This document shows, piece after piece, positions 41,377 through 50,417 of a stretch of DNA of 64,000 nucleotides. The translations under genes were made by a program, and so were the position numbers. How positions within the stretch are numbered: position 1 is the stretch's first letter; every line of letters starts with the position of its first letter. The notes under the pieces are model-generated. The model had not been told where the DNA came from, ran no database searches, and saw only the letters and a list, made by a program, of their open reading frames with translations. The stretch is from Halobacteriaceae archaeon (GTDB taxonomy: Archaea > Halobacteriota > Halobacteria > Halobacteriales > Halobacteriaceae): the NCBI GenBank assembly GCA_042216675.1, contig JBDGTS010000003.1:61477-125476 (forward strand), given 5' to 3'.

Positions 41377-41404
41377 TAAGCGGCGCCACGGGCACGTCGG
41401 GGAT

Positions 41405-41896
41405 ATGCAGGTGGCCCTCGGCGGCACGTTCGACCCGGTACACGACGGTCACCGCGTCCTCTTCGAACGCGCGTTCGAACTCGGCGACGTGACGGTCGGC
41501 CTGACGAGCGACGCCCTCGCGCCGAAGACGCGCTCGACCGACCGCTACGTGCGGCCGTACGAGGAGCGGGAACAGGATTTGCGGGACGAACTGCGCCCCC
41601 TCGCGGAGCGCGCCGACCGCGAGTTCACGATTCGCACCTTGGAGGAACCGACCGGCATCGCGACCGAACCCCAGTTCGACGCGCTCGTCGTCTCACCCGA
41701 GACTGAGCCGACGGCCCACCGCATCAACGAGATTCGGGAGGACCGCAGCCTCGACCCGCTCCGCATCGAAGTCGTGAACCACGTCCTCGCCGACGACGGC
41801 GACCCGATTTCGAGTACGCGCATCGTCCGCGGCGAAATCGACGAACACGGCTCGTTCACGCCCGACCGGGAGGGGCGCCCCCCCGAGCGAGCGTAG
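41405..41896 (+). CDS. coaD: phosphopantetheine adenylyltransferase
   Basis: GGTFDPVHDGH, VVSPET, ISSTRI. Confidence 0.92.
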   Translation: MQVALGGTFDPVHDGHRVLFERAFELGDVTVGLTSDALAPKTRSTDRYVRPYEEREQDLRDELRPLAERADREFTIRTLEEPTGIATEPQFDALVVSPETEPTAHRINEIREDRSLDPLRIEVVNHVLADDGDPISSTRIVRGEIDEHGSFTPDREGRPPERA

Positions 41897-42205
41897 TCAC
41901 CACGTCGGCGGTTCGAACCCGGCCTCCCGTAACACGTCCTTCCAGCGCTCCTGCACGGCGAGTCGCGACGCCCCGACGGCGTCGGCCACGTCGCCCTGCG
42001 ACCGCTCGTCGCCGGCGATGAGCGCCCCTGCGTAGATGCTCGCCGCCAGCGCCGCGCGCTTCGAGCGCTCGCGGTCCGGCATCGTCGAGAGAAACAGGTC
42101 GCCGGCCGTCGAGCGGGCTTCGTCGTCGAGGTCCAGTTCCGTCGCCGCGTCGTCGAGGGCGGCCAGCCACTCCTCGTTGTCCACGGCGTCGCTGGCGCGG
42201 TACAT
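41897..42205 (-). CDS. small TFB/cyclin-fold domain protein
   Basis: AASIYAGAL..ERSQGDVADAVG; start ATG 42205. Confidence 0.8.
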   Translation of the reverse strand: MYRASDAVDNEEWLAALDDAATELDLDDEARSTAGDLFLSTMPDRERSKRAALAASIYAGALIAGDERSQGDVADAVGASRLAVQERWKDVLREAGFEPPTW

Positions 42206-42283
42206 GGCCGGGAATTGGCCCCCAGCCGCTAAACCGTTTTGGAGCGTTAGGTTCTTGGCGCCCTCGGGCGGACGTGGAAGTGC

Positions 42284-42368
42284 GCGCGGGTAGCCAAGCC
42301 TGGCCAACGGCGCAGCGCTTAGGACGCTGTCCCGGAGGGGTCCGCAGGTTCGAATCCTGTCCCGCGCA
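42284..42368 (+). tRNA. tRNA-Leu(TAG)
   Basis: acceptor GCGCGGG/CCCGCGC, anticodon arm CAGCG-CTTAGGA-CGCTG, GGTTCGAATCC. Confidence 0.95.
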
Positions 42369-42483
42369 GTGAGCGAGGGAGCGACGCGACCGAGCGAACG
42401 AGCAGGCACGGATTCGAATGAGAGAACGCCAAGCGACGCGAGGCGTTCGCGTGGTTCGAATCCTGTCCCGCGCAGTGAGCGAG
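42347..42483 (+). repeat. 31-bp direct repeat of the tRNA-Leu 3' end (42347-77, 42453-83) with an inverted T-arm copy between
   Basis: GGTTCGAATCCTGTCCCGCGCAGTGAGCGAG twice; GGATTCGAA at 42410-18. Confidence 0.9.
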
Positions 42484-42689
42484 CGAAGAGAGCGAGGGGC
42501 AGTCACCGTCCCATCCATCGAATTTTCGCGGCGGAACGCACTCGAAACCGCACAATCGAACACCGAAGCCGAAAGTGTGGAACCACTCGACCAGGATACC
42601 GGAATCAGAAACGACTGAAGTTCTCCTAATCCCGAATATAGGCGACCATTCATCCAAAACACTTTTACCACGTGGCCGAACAGTCAGAT

Positions 42690-42848
42690 ATGGCCGAACA
42701 TCGTCGGCGGACGTCGGTATCGACCCACACGGAACTCGCACACGCCCGGGTCCGGTGTCCGTCGTGCGGACGGACGGCGTCTGCCGCCCGGAGGCGCGGC
42801 CGCGGGGAGCGCTGTGCCGACTGCCGAACGAGCGGGGGGGAGGGATGA
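42690..42848 (+). CDS. 52-aa CPxCG-type zinc-finger microprotein
   Basis: Read by hand: CPSCG and CADC; TTTTAC about 25 nt upstream; stop overlaps the next ATG (ATGA). Confidence 0.6.
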   Translation: MAEHRRRTSVSTHTELAHARVRCPSCGRTASAARRRGRGERCADCRTSGGEG

Positions 42849-43033
42849 GCGCCGCCGAGGACGCCGCGAGCGCTCGCGGCCCGAGCGCTCGTCCCGTCGG
42901 ACTCGAATGCATGTACGACGACTCGGAGAACCCCTCCGAACTGACGCTCTACGAACCGGAGTCCGAGTCGCCCGCCACCGAGTGGCTCACCGTCGACGCG
43001 GCGACGGCGGTCACGCTCGACGAGATGCGGTAA
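42845..43033 (+). CDS. small acidic hypothetical protein
   Basis: ELTLYEP...ATEWLTVDA...LDEMR pattern common in haloarchaeal small proteins. Confidence 0.7.
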   Translation: MSAAEDAASARGPSARPVGLECMYDDSENPSELTLYEPESESPATEWLTVDAATAVTLDEMR

Positions 43034-43091
43034 TCACGCGACGAAAACCGCCCCACAACGCTTTTCACCGCACGTAGAGAGGTTTCGTCAA

Positions 43092-43901
43092 ATGGCTTCC
43101 GTCCGGGACCTCGCCGAGGACCTCGTCACTGACGTGGACGCGCTGTTGGTGTTCTCCCCGAGCAGTTCCTACTACGAGCGGTGTGCGGACCTCGACCTCG
43201 ACGTCCTCGTCGTCGACGTGGAGAACAAGGTCGGCGCGGCCCAGTTCGTCGAACTGCCTCTCGCCTTCGAGGACGTCCAAGAGCGCATCCGCTTCGGCGT
43301 CGAAGGCGCTATCGACAGCGGCCTCATCGAGGACGGCGACGAGGTGGCGTGTGCGACCGGCGTCTTCGACTCGGAGATCGACGCCGTCGTGCGCGTCCGT
43401 GCCACGGAGTCCCTGCGAACGGGCGTCTACGGTCTGTTCGTGGACTCCCGGGCGGACCCGAGCGTCATTCGGGACGTGCTCGAAGTCGCCATCGAACTCG
43501 GGAAGAAGGGGCAGAAAGGCAAGAGCGTCGGCGCCCTGTTCGTCGTCGGCGACGCGGGCAAGGTGATGAACAAGTCCCGCGCGCTCTCCTACAACCCCTT
43601 CGAGAAGTCCCACGTCCACGTCGGCGACCCCATCGTGACGGTGATGCTCAAGGAGTTCTCGCGTCTCGACGGGGCCTTCGTCATCTCGGACTCGGGCAAA
43701 ATCGTGAGTGCCTACCGCTACCTCGAACCCGCGGCCGAGGGCGTCGAGATTCCGAAGGGGCTCGGGGCACGACATATGGCGGCCGGTGCAATCACGCGGG
43801 ACACGAACGCCATCGCAATCGCCCTGAGCGAGAGCGACGGCCTCGTGCGGGCGTTCAAGGGCGGGGAACTCGTCCTCGAACTCGACCCGGAGGCGTACTA
43901 G
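43092..43901 (+). CDS. dacZ: diadenylate cyclase DacZ
   Basis: DisA_N motifs LDGAFVI and GLGARHMAA, LSESDG. Confidence 0.9.
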   Translation: MASVRDLAEDLVTDVDALLVFSPSSSYYERCADLDLDVLVVDVENKVGAAQFVELPLAFEDVQERIRFGVEGAIDSGLIEDGDEVACATGVFDSEIDAVVRVRATESLRTGVYGLFVDSRADPSVIRDVLEVAIELGKKGQKGKSVGALFVVGDAGKVMNKSRALSYNPFEKSHVHVGDPIVTVMLKEFSRLDGAFVISDSGKIVSAYRYLEPAAEGVEIPKGLGARHMAAGAITRDTNAIAIALSESDGLVRAFKGGELVLELDPEAY

Positions 43902-43902
43902 G

Positions 43903-44679
43903 ATGGCAGTAGAGTGGCGCACCCTCGTGCGACCCGACAGCCGCCTCCTGATGGCTCTCGCCGTCGTCGTCGTCGGCGTCGTCGCGGGCTACGTCCTCGG
44001 TCGCCTGTCGAATCGCTTTCTCAGCGCCATCGGCGTCCCCGCGGCCGTCGAGGGCACCTCCTTCGAGCGCACGGCACAGAGTCTCGGCACCTCGACGGTG
44101 GCGCTGTTCTCCCGCCTGCTCTCGTGGTTCATCTACGGCGTCAGCATCCTCCTCGCGTTCCAGACGGCGCGCCTGTTCCACAGGACGGTGCTCTGGGCGC
44201 GCATCGGCGCGTTCATTCCCGACCTGTTCTTCGCGCTGTTCACCCTCGCTGCCGGCTTCGTCGCGGGCGACAAGGCCGAACTCACCGTTCGGGAGCGGCT
44301 GAGCGCCCTCAAGATTCGGGAGGTGTCGATGGTCCCGCGGGCCGTCAAGTACACCGTCGTCTACGTCGCGTTGCTCGTCGCACTCGGGCAGGTGGGCGTC
44401 GCCACGAACGCGCTGCTCATCCTGTTGCTGGTGTACGCCGCCGCGGTCATCGTCTTCGCGGCGCTCGCACTGCGGGACACGCTTCCCGCGGCCGTCGCCG
44501 GCTACTACCTGCTGTTGCAGGAACCGTACGGCATCGGGGATACTGTCCAAATCGGCGCGCACCGCGGCGTCGTGCAGGAGGTGAGCGTCTTCGTCACGCG
44601 CATCGAGTCCGACGGCGAGGAGTACATCGTCCCGAACCACCTCGTGTTCCGTGAGGGCGTCGTCAGGATTCGCGACTGA
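43903..44679 (+). CDS. mechanosensitive channel MscS-like
   Basis: TM helices, PYGIGDTV, VPN. Confidence 0.85.
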   Translation: MAVEWRTLVRPDSRLLMALAVVVVGVVAGYVLGRLSNRFLSAIGVPAAVEGTSFERTAQSLGTSTVALFSRLLSWFIYGVSILLAFQTARLFHRTVLWARIGAFIPDLFFALFTLAAGFVAGDKAELTVRERLSALKIREVSMVPRAVKYTVVYVALLVALGQVGVATNALLILLLVYAAAVIVFAALALRDTLPAAVAGYYLLLQEPYGIGDTVQIGAHRGVVQEVSVFVTRIESDGEEYIVPNHLVFREGVVRIRD

Positions 44680-45160
44680 CTGGTTCGGCGGGCACGCCCG
44701 CCACCGTCTCGCCCGCGGGCACGTCGTCGGCCACCAGCGAGTTCGCTGCCACCTGTGCGCCGGCACCGATTTCGACGCCCGGCAGGACGACGGCGCCGGC
44801 GCCGATCATCGCCCCCTCACGAACGACGACTTCTCCCGTCCGGTACTCCGTCGCGAGGAACTCGTGGCACAGCAGCGTCGCGTCGTAGCCCACGATGGCG
44901 TCGCGCTCGACGGTGACGAGGTCCGGGAAGAACACGTCCGGCGTCGCCTCCAGTCCCCACGCCGCGCCCCGGCCGACGGTCATCCCGAGGCGGCGATACA
45001 GCCAGTTCTTCGCGCGCAGACTGGGCATCACGCGGGCGACGACGACCACGACGTAGTGCAGAACCACGCGAAGCGGGTTGCGCGCCCGCGTCCACCGCCA
45101 GAGTGAGTTGCGTGCGCCGTCGGTCCGGTGGCGGGTCAACCGGTCGTGCCTCGATGTCAC
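44663..45160 (-). CDS. hexapeptide-repeat acyltransferase
   Basis: IGAGAVVLPGVEIGAGAQVAANSLV..AGVPA. Confidence 0.85.
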   Translation of the reverse strand: MTSRHDRLTRHRTDGARNSLWRWTRARNPLRVVLHYVVVVVARVMPSLRAKNWLYRRLGMTVGRGAAWGLEATPDVFFPDLVTVERDAIVGYDATLLCHEFLATEYRTGEVVVREGAMIGAGAVVLPGVEIGAGAQVAANSLVADDVPAGETVAGVPAEPVSRES

Positions 45161-45260
45161 GCCCCCCGATTCCCCCCGCACGGGCTTGAATTTGCCGCTG
45201 GTTTCGACACGTGTCGTACAGGAGGTTTATTATCGTCGAATGAATTGGGTGGAACAAGAG

Positions 45261-45488
45261 ATGCCGACACAGAAACCACCGATGCAGGTCTCGCTTCCGG
45301 GGGACCTGGATTCGCCACGGGCCAAACTCGTGTATCTGTACCTCTCGACGGTCGGCGAGGCCTCCATTCGCGACCTCACGGAGGAACTCGACATCAAGCG
45401 GATGACCGCCTACAGCATCCTCAGTACGCTCGCCTCCGAGGGCTTCGTCACCCAAGACGGCGAGCGCTACGCCGCGGCTACTCCTTGA
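45261..45488 (+). CDS. small TrmB-like HTH protein
   Basis: SPRAKLVYLYL...YSILSTL. Confidence 0.8.
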   Translation: MPTQKPPMQVSLPGDLDSPRAKLVYLYLSTVGEASIRDLTEELDIKRMTAYSILSTLASEGFVTQDGERYAAATP

Positions 45489-45645
45489 ACGGAGAGAACT
45501 CGCCGGTGATGTCCCACGAGTGAATGCAGTGAGGGTCGCCCACCTCACCGTCTACACACCAGTTCTCCTCGGCGTCGTCCCACGCCTCCTCGCGTCCGCA
45601 TCGGACGCAGGTTCGCTCCTTCGGCACTCGAATCTCCGCACTCAT
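45478..45645 (-). CDS. HEWD-family small zinc-binding protein
   Basis: CVRCGR...CIHSWDITG. Confidence 0.75.
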   Translation of the reverse strand: MSAEIRVPKERTCVRCGREEAWDDAEENWCVDGEVGDPHCIHSWDITGEFSPFKE

Positions 45646-45685
45646 GCGCGGAGGAATCACCTCCGCGCACATAAAGTCGCCGGGG

Positions 45686-46210
45686 TCAGGGCGCCTTTTC
45701 GCCGGCCTCGATGCGCACGTCGAGGTGGTTCTCCGGCGGCACCAGCGGACACTCGTAGGCGTCCGAGTACGCGCAGTAGGGGTTGTACGCCCGGTTGAAG
45801 TCGAGGACCCAGTCGCCGGAACCGGTGAGGTCCTCGCCGGTCAGATCGAGGTAGCGCCCCACCTCGTACGTCTCGTCGCCGTTCGTCTCGTCCGTGAACG
45901 GTATCCAGAGACGCTGTTCGTCCGGGTCCGCACGATACGCCGTGAGCGTGCAGTCCTCGCCGCCGACGGTGAACGCGAACTCGCCCCACCGGTAGTAGGT
46001 CCGTTGCCCGCCCGTCGAGGTGCCGACGGACACCGCCTCGTGGTCGGCGAACTCGTCGAGGGTCAACTCGAAGCGGTACGCCGGGTCGGGCGCGAAGTAC
46101 TGCAGGCCGTCGAACGTCTCCGTCTCCGCGACGGGGGACTGTGGATGCTCACGCAGATACTCCTCTTTCTCCGCCCTGTGCTGGCGAATCTCCTGCTCCC
46201 AGCCGGCCAT
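45686..46210 (-). CDS. DUF1684 family protein
   Basis: PFTDETNG.ETY..GRYL, LDFNRAYNPYCAY...CP. Confidence 0.88.
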   Translation of the reverse strand: MAGWEQEIRQHRAEKEEYLREHPQSPVAETETFDGLQYFAPDPAYRFELTLDEFADHEAVSVGTSTGGQRTYYRWGEFAFTVGGEDCTLTAYRADPDEQRLWIPFTDETNGDETYEVGRYLDLTGEDLTGSGDWVLDFNRAYNPYCAYSDAYECPLVPPENHLDVRIEAGEKAP

Positions 46211-46288
46211 ACCGGCCGTTCGGCCCCGCGTCAGAAATCGCTACCGGCGGTGGGAAGCGTTTTGCCCGCCGGGTGCGGTGGGCGACGT

Positions 46289-47074
46289 GTGACACGCTAC
46301 ACGCTCTCCGCAGGATGGCGCGAGGCGGCGTTCGAGCGAGACAGCTACGGGCCGTCGAACACGCCCGGCCTCGCCGCAACCTTCGACCACGAGTCTCTCG
46401 ACGACACCGTTCGAGTCCTCCCCGTTCGCTACGGATGCACCGACGGCGAGGAGTCGCTGACCGCGCTGACCACCGACTTCGCCGTCGAGTGGCGCGATCC
46501 GGCGGCGTACACGCCCGACGTGCCGGAACAGACCGTGTTCGCCGTCGTGGCCGATTGCGAGCGCCTCACGCCGGACTTCCGTCGCATCGCAACGCTGACG
46601 CGAGACGCCGACGACGCCCTCGCAATCGCGACGTGGTTGATGGACGGCGCGGACGGGGGGCGAGACGTGGCGCGACGGGTCATCTCCCACCGCGGCGAGC
46701 AGTTCGCGGTTACCACCGACCCGGCGCTGGCCGACGACGACGTTCTCGCGACGCGCCTCGACGACGCGCCCGAGCGCTGTCTGCTCACCGGCAAGCCGAC
46801 CCGGAGCCACGTCGTCGACGTACCCTACCGCTACGCCGCGACGCTCCCCGACGTCCCCACCTCCGCCCGCAGTGTCGTCCGGTTCCCGTCCCGCCTCGAC
46901 ACGCTCCATGCGGCTTTCTCGCACGCGGCGTGGACCGACCGCGACCTCCACGACGGGGCCTTTGACGCACCCCTAGAGCGCGTCTCGCCCGGCACCTACG
47001 AACTGGGCGCGGCCGCGAGCGTCGTCGCTGACGGCGCGTTCGAGCGGTTCGCGCTCGGCCGTCTCGGCGACTAA
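46289..47074 (+). CDS. hypothetical protein
   Basis: Acidic reading frame from GTG 46289; no motif recognised. Confidence 0.6.
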   Translation: MTRYTLSAGWREAAFERDSYGPSNTPGLAATFDHESLDDTVRVLPVRYGCTDGEESLTALTTDFAVEWRDPAAYTPDVPEQTVFAVVADCERLTPDFRRIATLTRDADDALAIATWLMDGADGGRDVARRVISHRGEQFAVTTDPALADDDVLATRLDDAPERCLLTGKPTRSHVVDVPYRYAATLPDVPTSARSVVRFPSRLDTLHAAFSHAAWTDRDLHDGAFDAPLERVSPGTYELGAAASVVADGAFERFALGRLGD

Positions 47075-47080
47075 CCCCCG

Positions 47081-47860
47081 TTACTCCTCGAACGTGGCGC
47101 TCCCGAAGCCGTCGTCTACGGTCAGTACCTCGCCCGTCGTGTAACTCGCGGCGTCGCTGGCGAGATAGACGGCCGCACCGGCCACCTCCTCAGGCCGCCC
47201 CAGTCGCTCCTGTGTCGTGCGCTTCTTGATGGTCTCGTAGCGCGGTTCACCGTCGGTGTAGGTGCCCTGTGTCTGTGCGGTGACGATGAAGCCCGGCCGG
47301 ACCGCATTCACGCGAATCTCCGGCCCGAGTTCCTCGGCGGCAACGCGCGTGAACGAGTCGATGCCGCCCTTCGCCGTCGAGTACGCCGCGAGGTCCGGAA
47401 TGGCTGTCACCGAGGACATCGAGGAGATGTTGACGATGCTCCCCGTCTCCATCACCTCGGCGAACTCCTGTGTCGCGCGATACGTGCCGTCGAGTTGCAC
47501 GTCGAAGACGGCGTCCCACTCCGCCTCGGACACGTCGCTGACGCCCTCGCGAGCGATGGCGCCCGGCGAGTTGACGAGGACGTCGACGCCCCCGAACTCC
47601 TCGACCGCGCGGTCCCGGAGCGCCCGAATCTGCTCGCGGTCGGTCACGTCCGCCGTCTGTGCGAACGTCTCGGCGCCGCGCTCCCTGACTTCGGTGGCCG
47701 TGCGCTCCACGTCCGCCTCGGTCCGACTCGCGGCCGCCACGTCGGCGCCCTCCTCGGCGAACGCGAGGGCGATGGCGCGCCCGATTCCGCTCGTCCCGCC
47801 GAGCACGACGGCGCGCTTTCCGTCGACGGTGACCGGACTGTGACTGTAATCGAGTGGCAT
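47081..47860 (-). CDS. SDR family oxidoreductase
   Basis: GGTSGIG, YSTAK, IRVNAVRPG. Confidence 0.92.
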   Translation of the reverse strand: MPLDYSHSPVTVDGKRAVVLGGTSGIGRAIALAFAEEGADVAAASRTEADVERTATEVRERGAETFAQTADVTDREQIRALRDRAVEEFGGVDVLVNSPGAIAREGVSDVSEAEWDAVFDVQLDGTYRATQEFAEVMETGSIVNISSMSSVTAIPDLAAYSTAKGGIDSFTRVAAEELGPEIRVNAVRPGFIVTAQTQGTYTDGEPRYETIKKRTTQERLGRPEEVAGAAVYLASDAASYTTGEVLTVDDGFGSATFEE

Positions 47861-47946
47861 GCGCGGTGCGTCGGCGGGCGGGACTTAGAGTCCATCGGTG
47901 TCCTCATCGGGGGGATATAAGAGCCGGCGGCATCTCGAAACGGGGT

Positions 47947-49008
47947 ATGGAGGCGCCGGAGACGACCCACGAGACAGTCGTCGGTGACGCTCGCTCCCTG
48001 TCCGCGGTCTCCGACGACAGCGTGGAGTTGGTCGTCACCTCCCCGCCGTACCCGATGGTCGAGATGTGGGACGACCAGTTCGCCGACCTCTCGTCCGACG
48101 CGGCGGACGCCCTCGCCGCCGAGGAGGGCACCGCGGCGTGGGACGCGATGCACGACGCCCTCGCGGACGTGTGGGCGGAGGTGGACCGCGTCCTCGTGGA
48201 GGGCGGCATCGCCTGCGTCAACGTCGGCGACGCGACGCGTACCGTCGGCGACCGGTTCCGGGTGTACCCGAACCACTCCCGCGTCGTCGAGGAGTTCGTC
48301 GCCCTCGACTTCGACCCACTGCCCGAGATTCTGTGGCGCAAGCCCGCGAACTCGGCGGCGAAGTTCATGGGGTCGGGGATGGTGCCACCGAACGCCTACG
48401 CCACCCTCGAACACGAGTATCTCCTCGTCTTCCGCAACGGCGAGTCCCGGTCGTTCGAACCCGGTGCGGACCACCGCTACGGCAGCGCCTACTTCTGGGA
48501 AGAGCGCAACGAGTGGTTCAGCGACGTATGGACCGACGTGCGCGGGAACCTGCAGGGCCTCGACGACGGTCCTCGCGAGCGCTCGGCCGCCTTCCCGTTC
48601 GAAATCCCCTATCGGCTCATCAACATGTACTCCGTCTACGGCGACACGGTCCTCGACCCGTTCTGGGGAACGGGAACCACGTCGCTCGCGGCGATGGTTG
48701 CGGGCCGGAACTCCATCGGCGTCGAAATCGACGGCGCGTTCTGCGACGTGTTCGACGAGCGAGTGTCGGCCGTCCCCGACCTCTCGCGGGCGGTGGCGCG
48801 GGACCGCCTCGCCGCCCACCGGGAGTTCGTCGTCGAGGCCGACGACCTCTCCTACGAGGCCACCCACTACGACACCCGCGTGAAGACCAAACAGGAGACG
48901 GACATCCGCTTCTACGAGGTCGAGGCCGTCGAGCGGACGGACTCGGGCTATCGACTCGACCACGCGCCAGTCGAGGGACGCGTCTCGGGCCAATCTCCCA
49001 ACCTTTAG
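47947..49008 (+). CDS. orphan N4/N6 DNA methyltransferase (beta class), probably the haloarchaeal CTAG methylase
   Basis: TSPPY before DPFWGTGTT; no adjacent endonuclease. Confidence 0.85.
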   Translation: MEAPETTHETVVGDARSLSAVSDDSVELVVTSPPYPMVEMWDDQFADLSSDAADALAAEEGTAAWDAMHDALADVWAEVDRVLVEGGIACVNVGDATRTVGDRFRVYPNHSRVVEEFVALDFDPLPEILWRKPANSAAKFMGSGMVPPNAYATLEHEYLLVFRNGESRSFEPGADHRYGSAYFWEERNEWFSDVWTDVRGNLQGLDDGPRERSAAFPFEIPYRLINMYSVYGDTVLDPFWGTGTTSLAAMVAGRNSIGVEIDGAFCDVFDERVSAVPDLSRAVARDRLAAHREFVVEADDLSYEATHYDTRVKTKQETDIRFYEVEAVERTDSGYRLDHAPVEGRVSGQSPNL

Positions 49009-49033
49009 TACGCGGGTGTCCGACCCCGGTACC

Positions 49034-50263
49034 ATGGTCGATTATCGTCAGTTGCACGACCCGAACGCGGAGTACACGATGCGGGACCTCTCGGGCGAGA
49101 CGATGGGCCTCACGGCCTCGCGCGGTGACCGCGACGTGGAAATCACGGACGTCCAGACTACGATGGTCGACGGCAACTACCCGTGGATTCTCGTCAAGGT
49201 GTACACCGACGCGGGCGTCACCGGCGTCGGCGAGGCGTACTGGGGCGGCGGCGACGACGCTATCATCGACCGGATGGCGCCCTTCGTCATCGGCGAGAAC
49301 CCTCTCGACATCGACCGCCTGTACGAACACCTCGTCCAGAAGATGTCCGGCGAGGGCTCCATCTCCGGCAAGACCATCTCCGCCATCTCCGGCATCGAAC
49401 TCGCGCTTCACGACGTGGCCGGCAAGATTCTCGACGTGCCCGCCTACCAACTGCTCGGCGGGAAGTACCGCGACGAGGTGCGCATCTACTGTGACTGCCA
49501 CGCCGGCGACGAGTCCGAACCCGCCTCGAACGCCGAGGAAGCCGAGCGCGTCGTCTCAGAACTCGGCTACGACGCGCTGAAGTTCGACCTCGACGTGGCG
49601 TCGGGCCACGAGAAGGACCGCGCGAACCGCCACATGCGCGGCCCCGAAATCGACCACAAGGTCGAAATCGTCAAAGAGGTCTGCGAGACGGTCGGTGACC
49701 GCGCTGACGTGGCCTTCGACTGCCACTGGTCCTACTCCGCCGGCTCCGCGAAACAGCTCGTCGAAGCCGTCGAGGAGTACGACGTGTGGTGGATCGAGGA
49801 CCCGATTCCCCCGGAGAATCACGACGTGCAAAAGGAGGTCACGCAGTCCACGACGACGCCCATCACGGTCGGCGAGAACGTCTACCGGACCCACGGCAAC
49901 CGCCGACTCATCGAGGAGCAGGCGACGGACATCCTCGCGCCGGACCTGCCCCGCGTCGGCGGCATGCGCGAGACGCAGAAGATCGCGAACTTCGCGGACA
50001 TGTACTACATTCCCATCGCGATGCACAACGTCTCTTCGCCCATCGGGACGATGGCGAGTGCGCAGGTGGCGGCGACCATCCCGAACGCTCTCGCCGTCGA
50101 GTACCACTCCTACCAACTCGGCTGGTGGGAGGACCTCGTCGAGGAGGACAACCTCATCGAAGAGGGCCGGATGCAGATTCCCGAGGAGCCCGGTCTCGGC
50201 CTGACTCTCGACATGGACGCCGTCGAGGAGCACATGGTCGAGGGCGAGACGCTGTTCGACTGA
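49034..50263 (+). CDS. xad: D-xylonate dehydratase-like (mandelate racemase/enolase superfamily)
   Basis: DPNAEYTMRDLS, EAYWGGGD, KFDLD, EDP, GEN, MHNVSS; matches recalled Haloferax XAD better than GAD. Confidence 0.8.
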   Translation: MVDYRQLHDPNAEYTMRDLSGETMGLTASRGDRDVEITDVQTTMVDGNYPWILVKVYTDAGVTGVGEAYWGGGDDAIIDRMAPFVIGENPLDIDRLYEHLVQKMSGEGSISGKTISAISGIELALHDVAGKILDVPAYQLLGGKYRDEVRIYCDCHAGDESEPASNAEEAERVVSELGYDALKFDLDVASGHEKDRANRHMRGPEIDHKVEIVKEVCETVGDRADVAFDCHWSYSAGSAKQLVEAVEEYDVWWIEDPIPPENHDVQKEVTQSTTTPITVGENVYRTHGNRRLIEEQATDILAPDLPRVGGMRETQKIANFADMYYIPIAMHNVSSPIGTMASAQVAATIPNALAVEYHSYQLGWWEDLVEEDNLIEEGRMQIPEEPGLGLTLDMDAVEEHMVEGETLFD

Positions 50264-50417
50264 GCGGAGCGAAGTCGAGCCGGCGGATTTCTAATCCGCC
50301 CTGTTCGACTGAGACTGGCGCCTCAGTCGGGCCAGCAAAGCTTCGATTTGCGTCGTTCGGCTGAGCGGAGCGAAGTCGAGCCGGCGGATTTCTAATCCGC
50401 CCTGTTCGACTGAGCGG
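50252..50417 (+). repeat. palindromic repeat array echoing the xad stop-codon region
   Basis: CTGTTCGACTGAG at 50252, 50301, 50402 (variant ~50355); 54-bp exact repeat 50260-313/50361-414. Confidence 0.9.

Noticed and set aside
42369-42690. Integrated provirus or island at tRNA-Leu(TAG)
   Set aside because: The repeats are only 106 bp apart with no integrase or cargo, and I saw no further copy in the window.
43092-44679. dacZ-mscS as a new signalling or defence system
   Set aside because: Already described in Haloferax as c-di-AMP osmoregulation; no CBASS-type effectors present.
47947-49008. Restriction-modification or defence island
   Set aside because: No endonuclease or other defence genes nearby, and composition matches the core genome.
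50252-50417. Mini CRISPR array
   Set aside because: The repeat is only 13 bp and derives from the gene end, the spacers are duplicated and palindromic, and there are no cas genes or leader.
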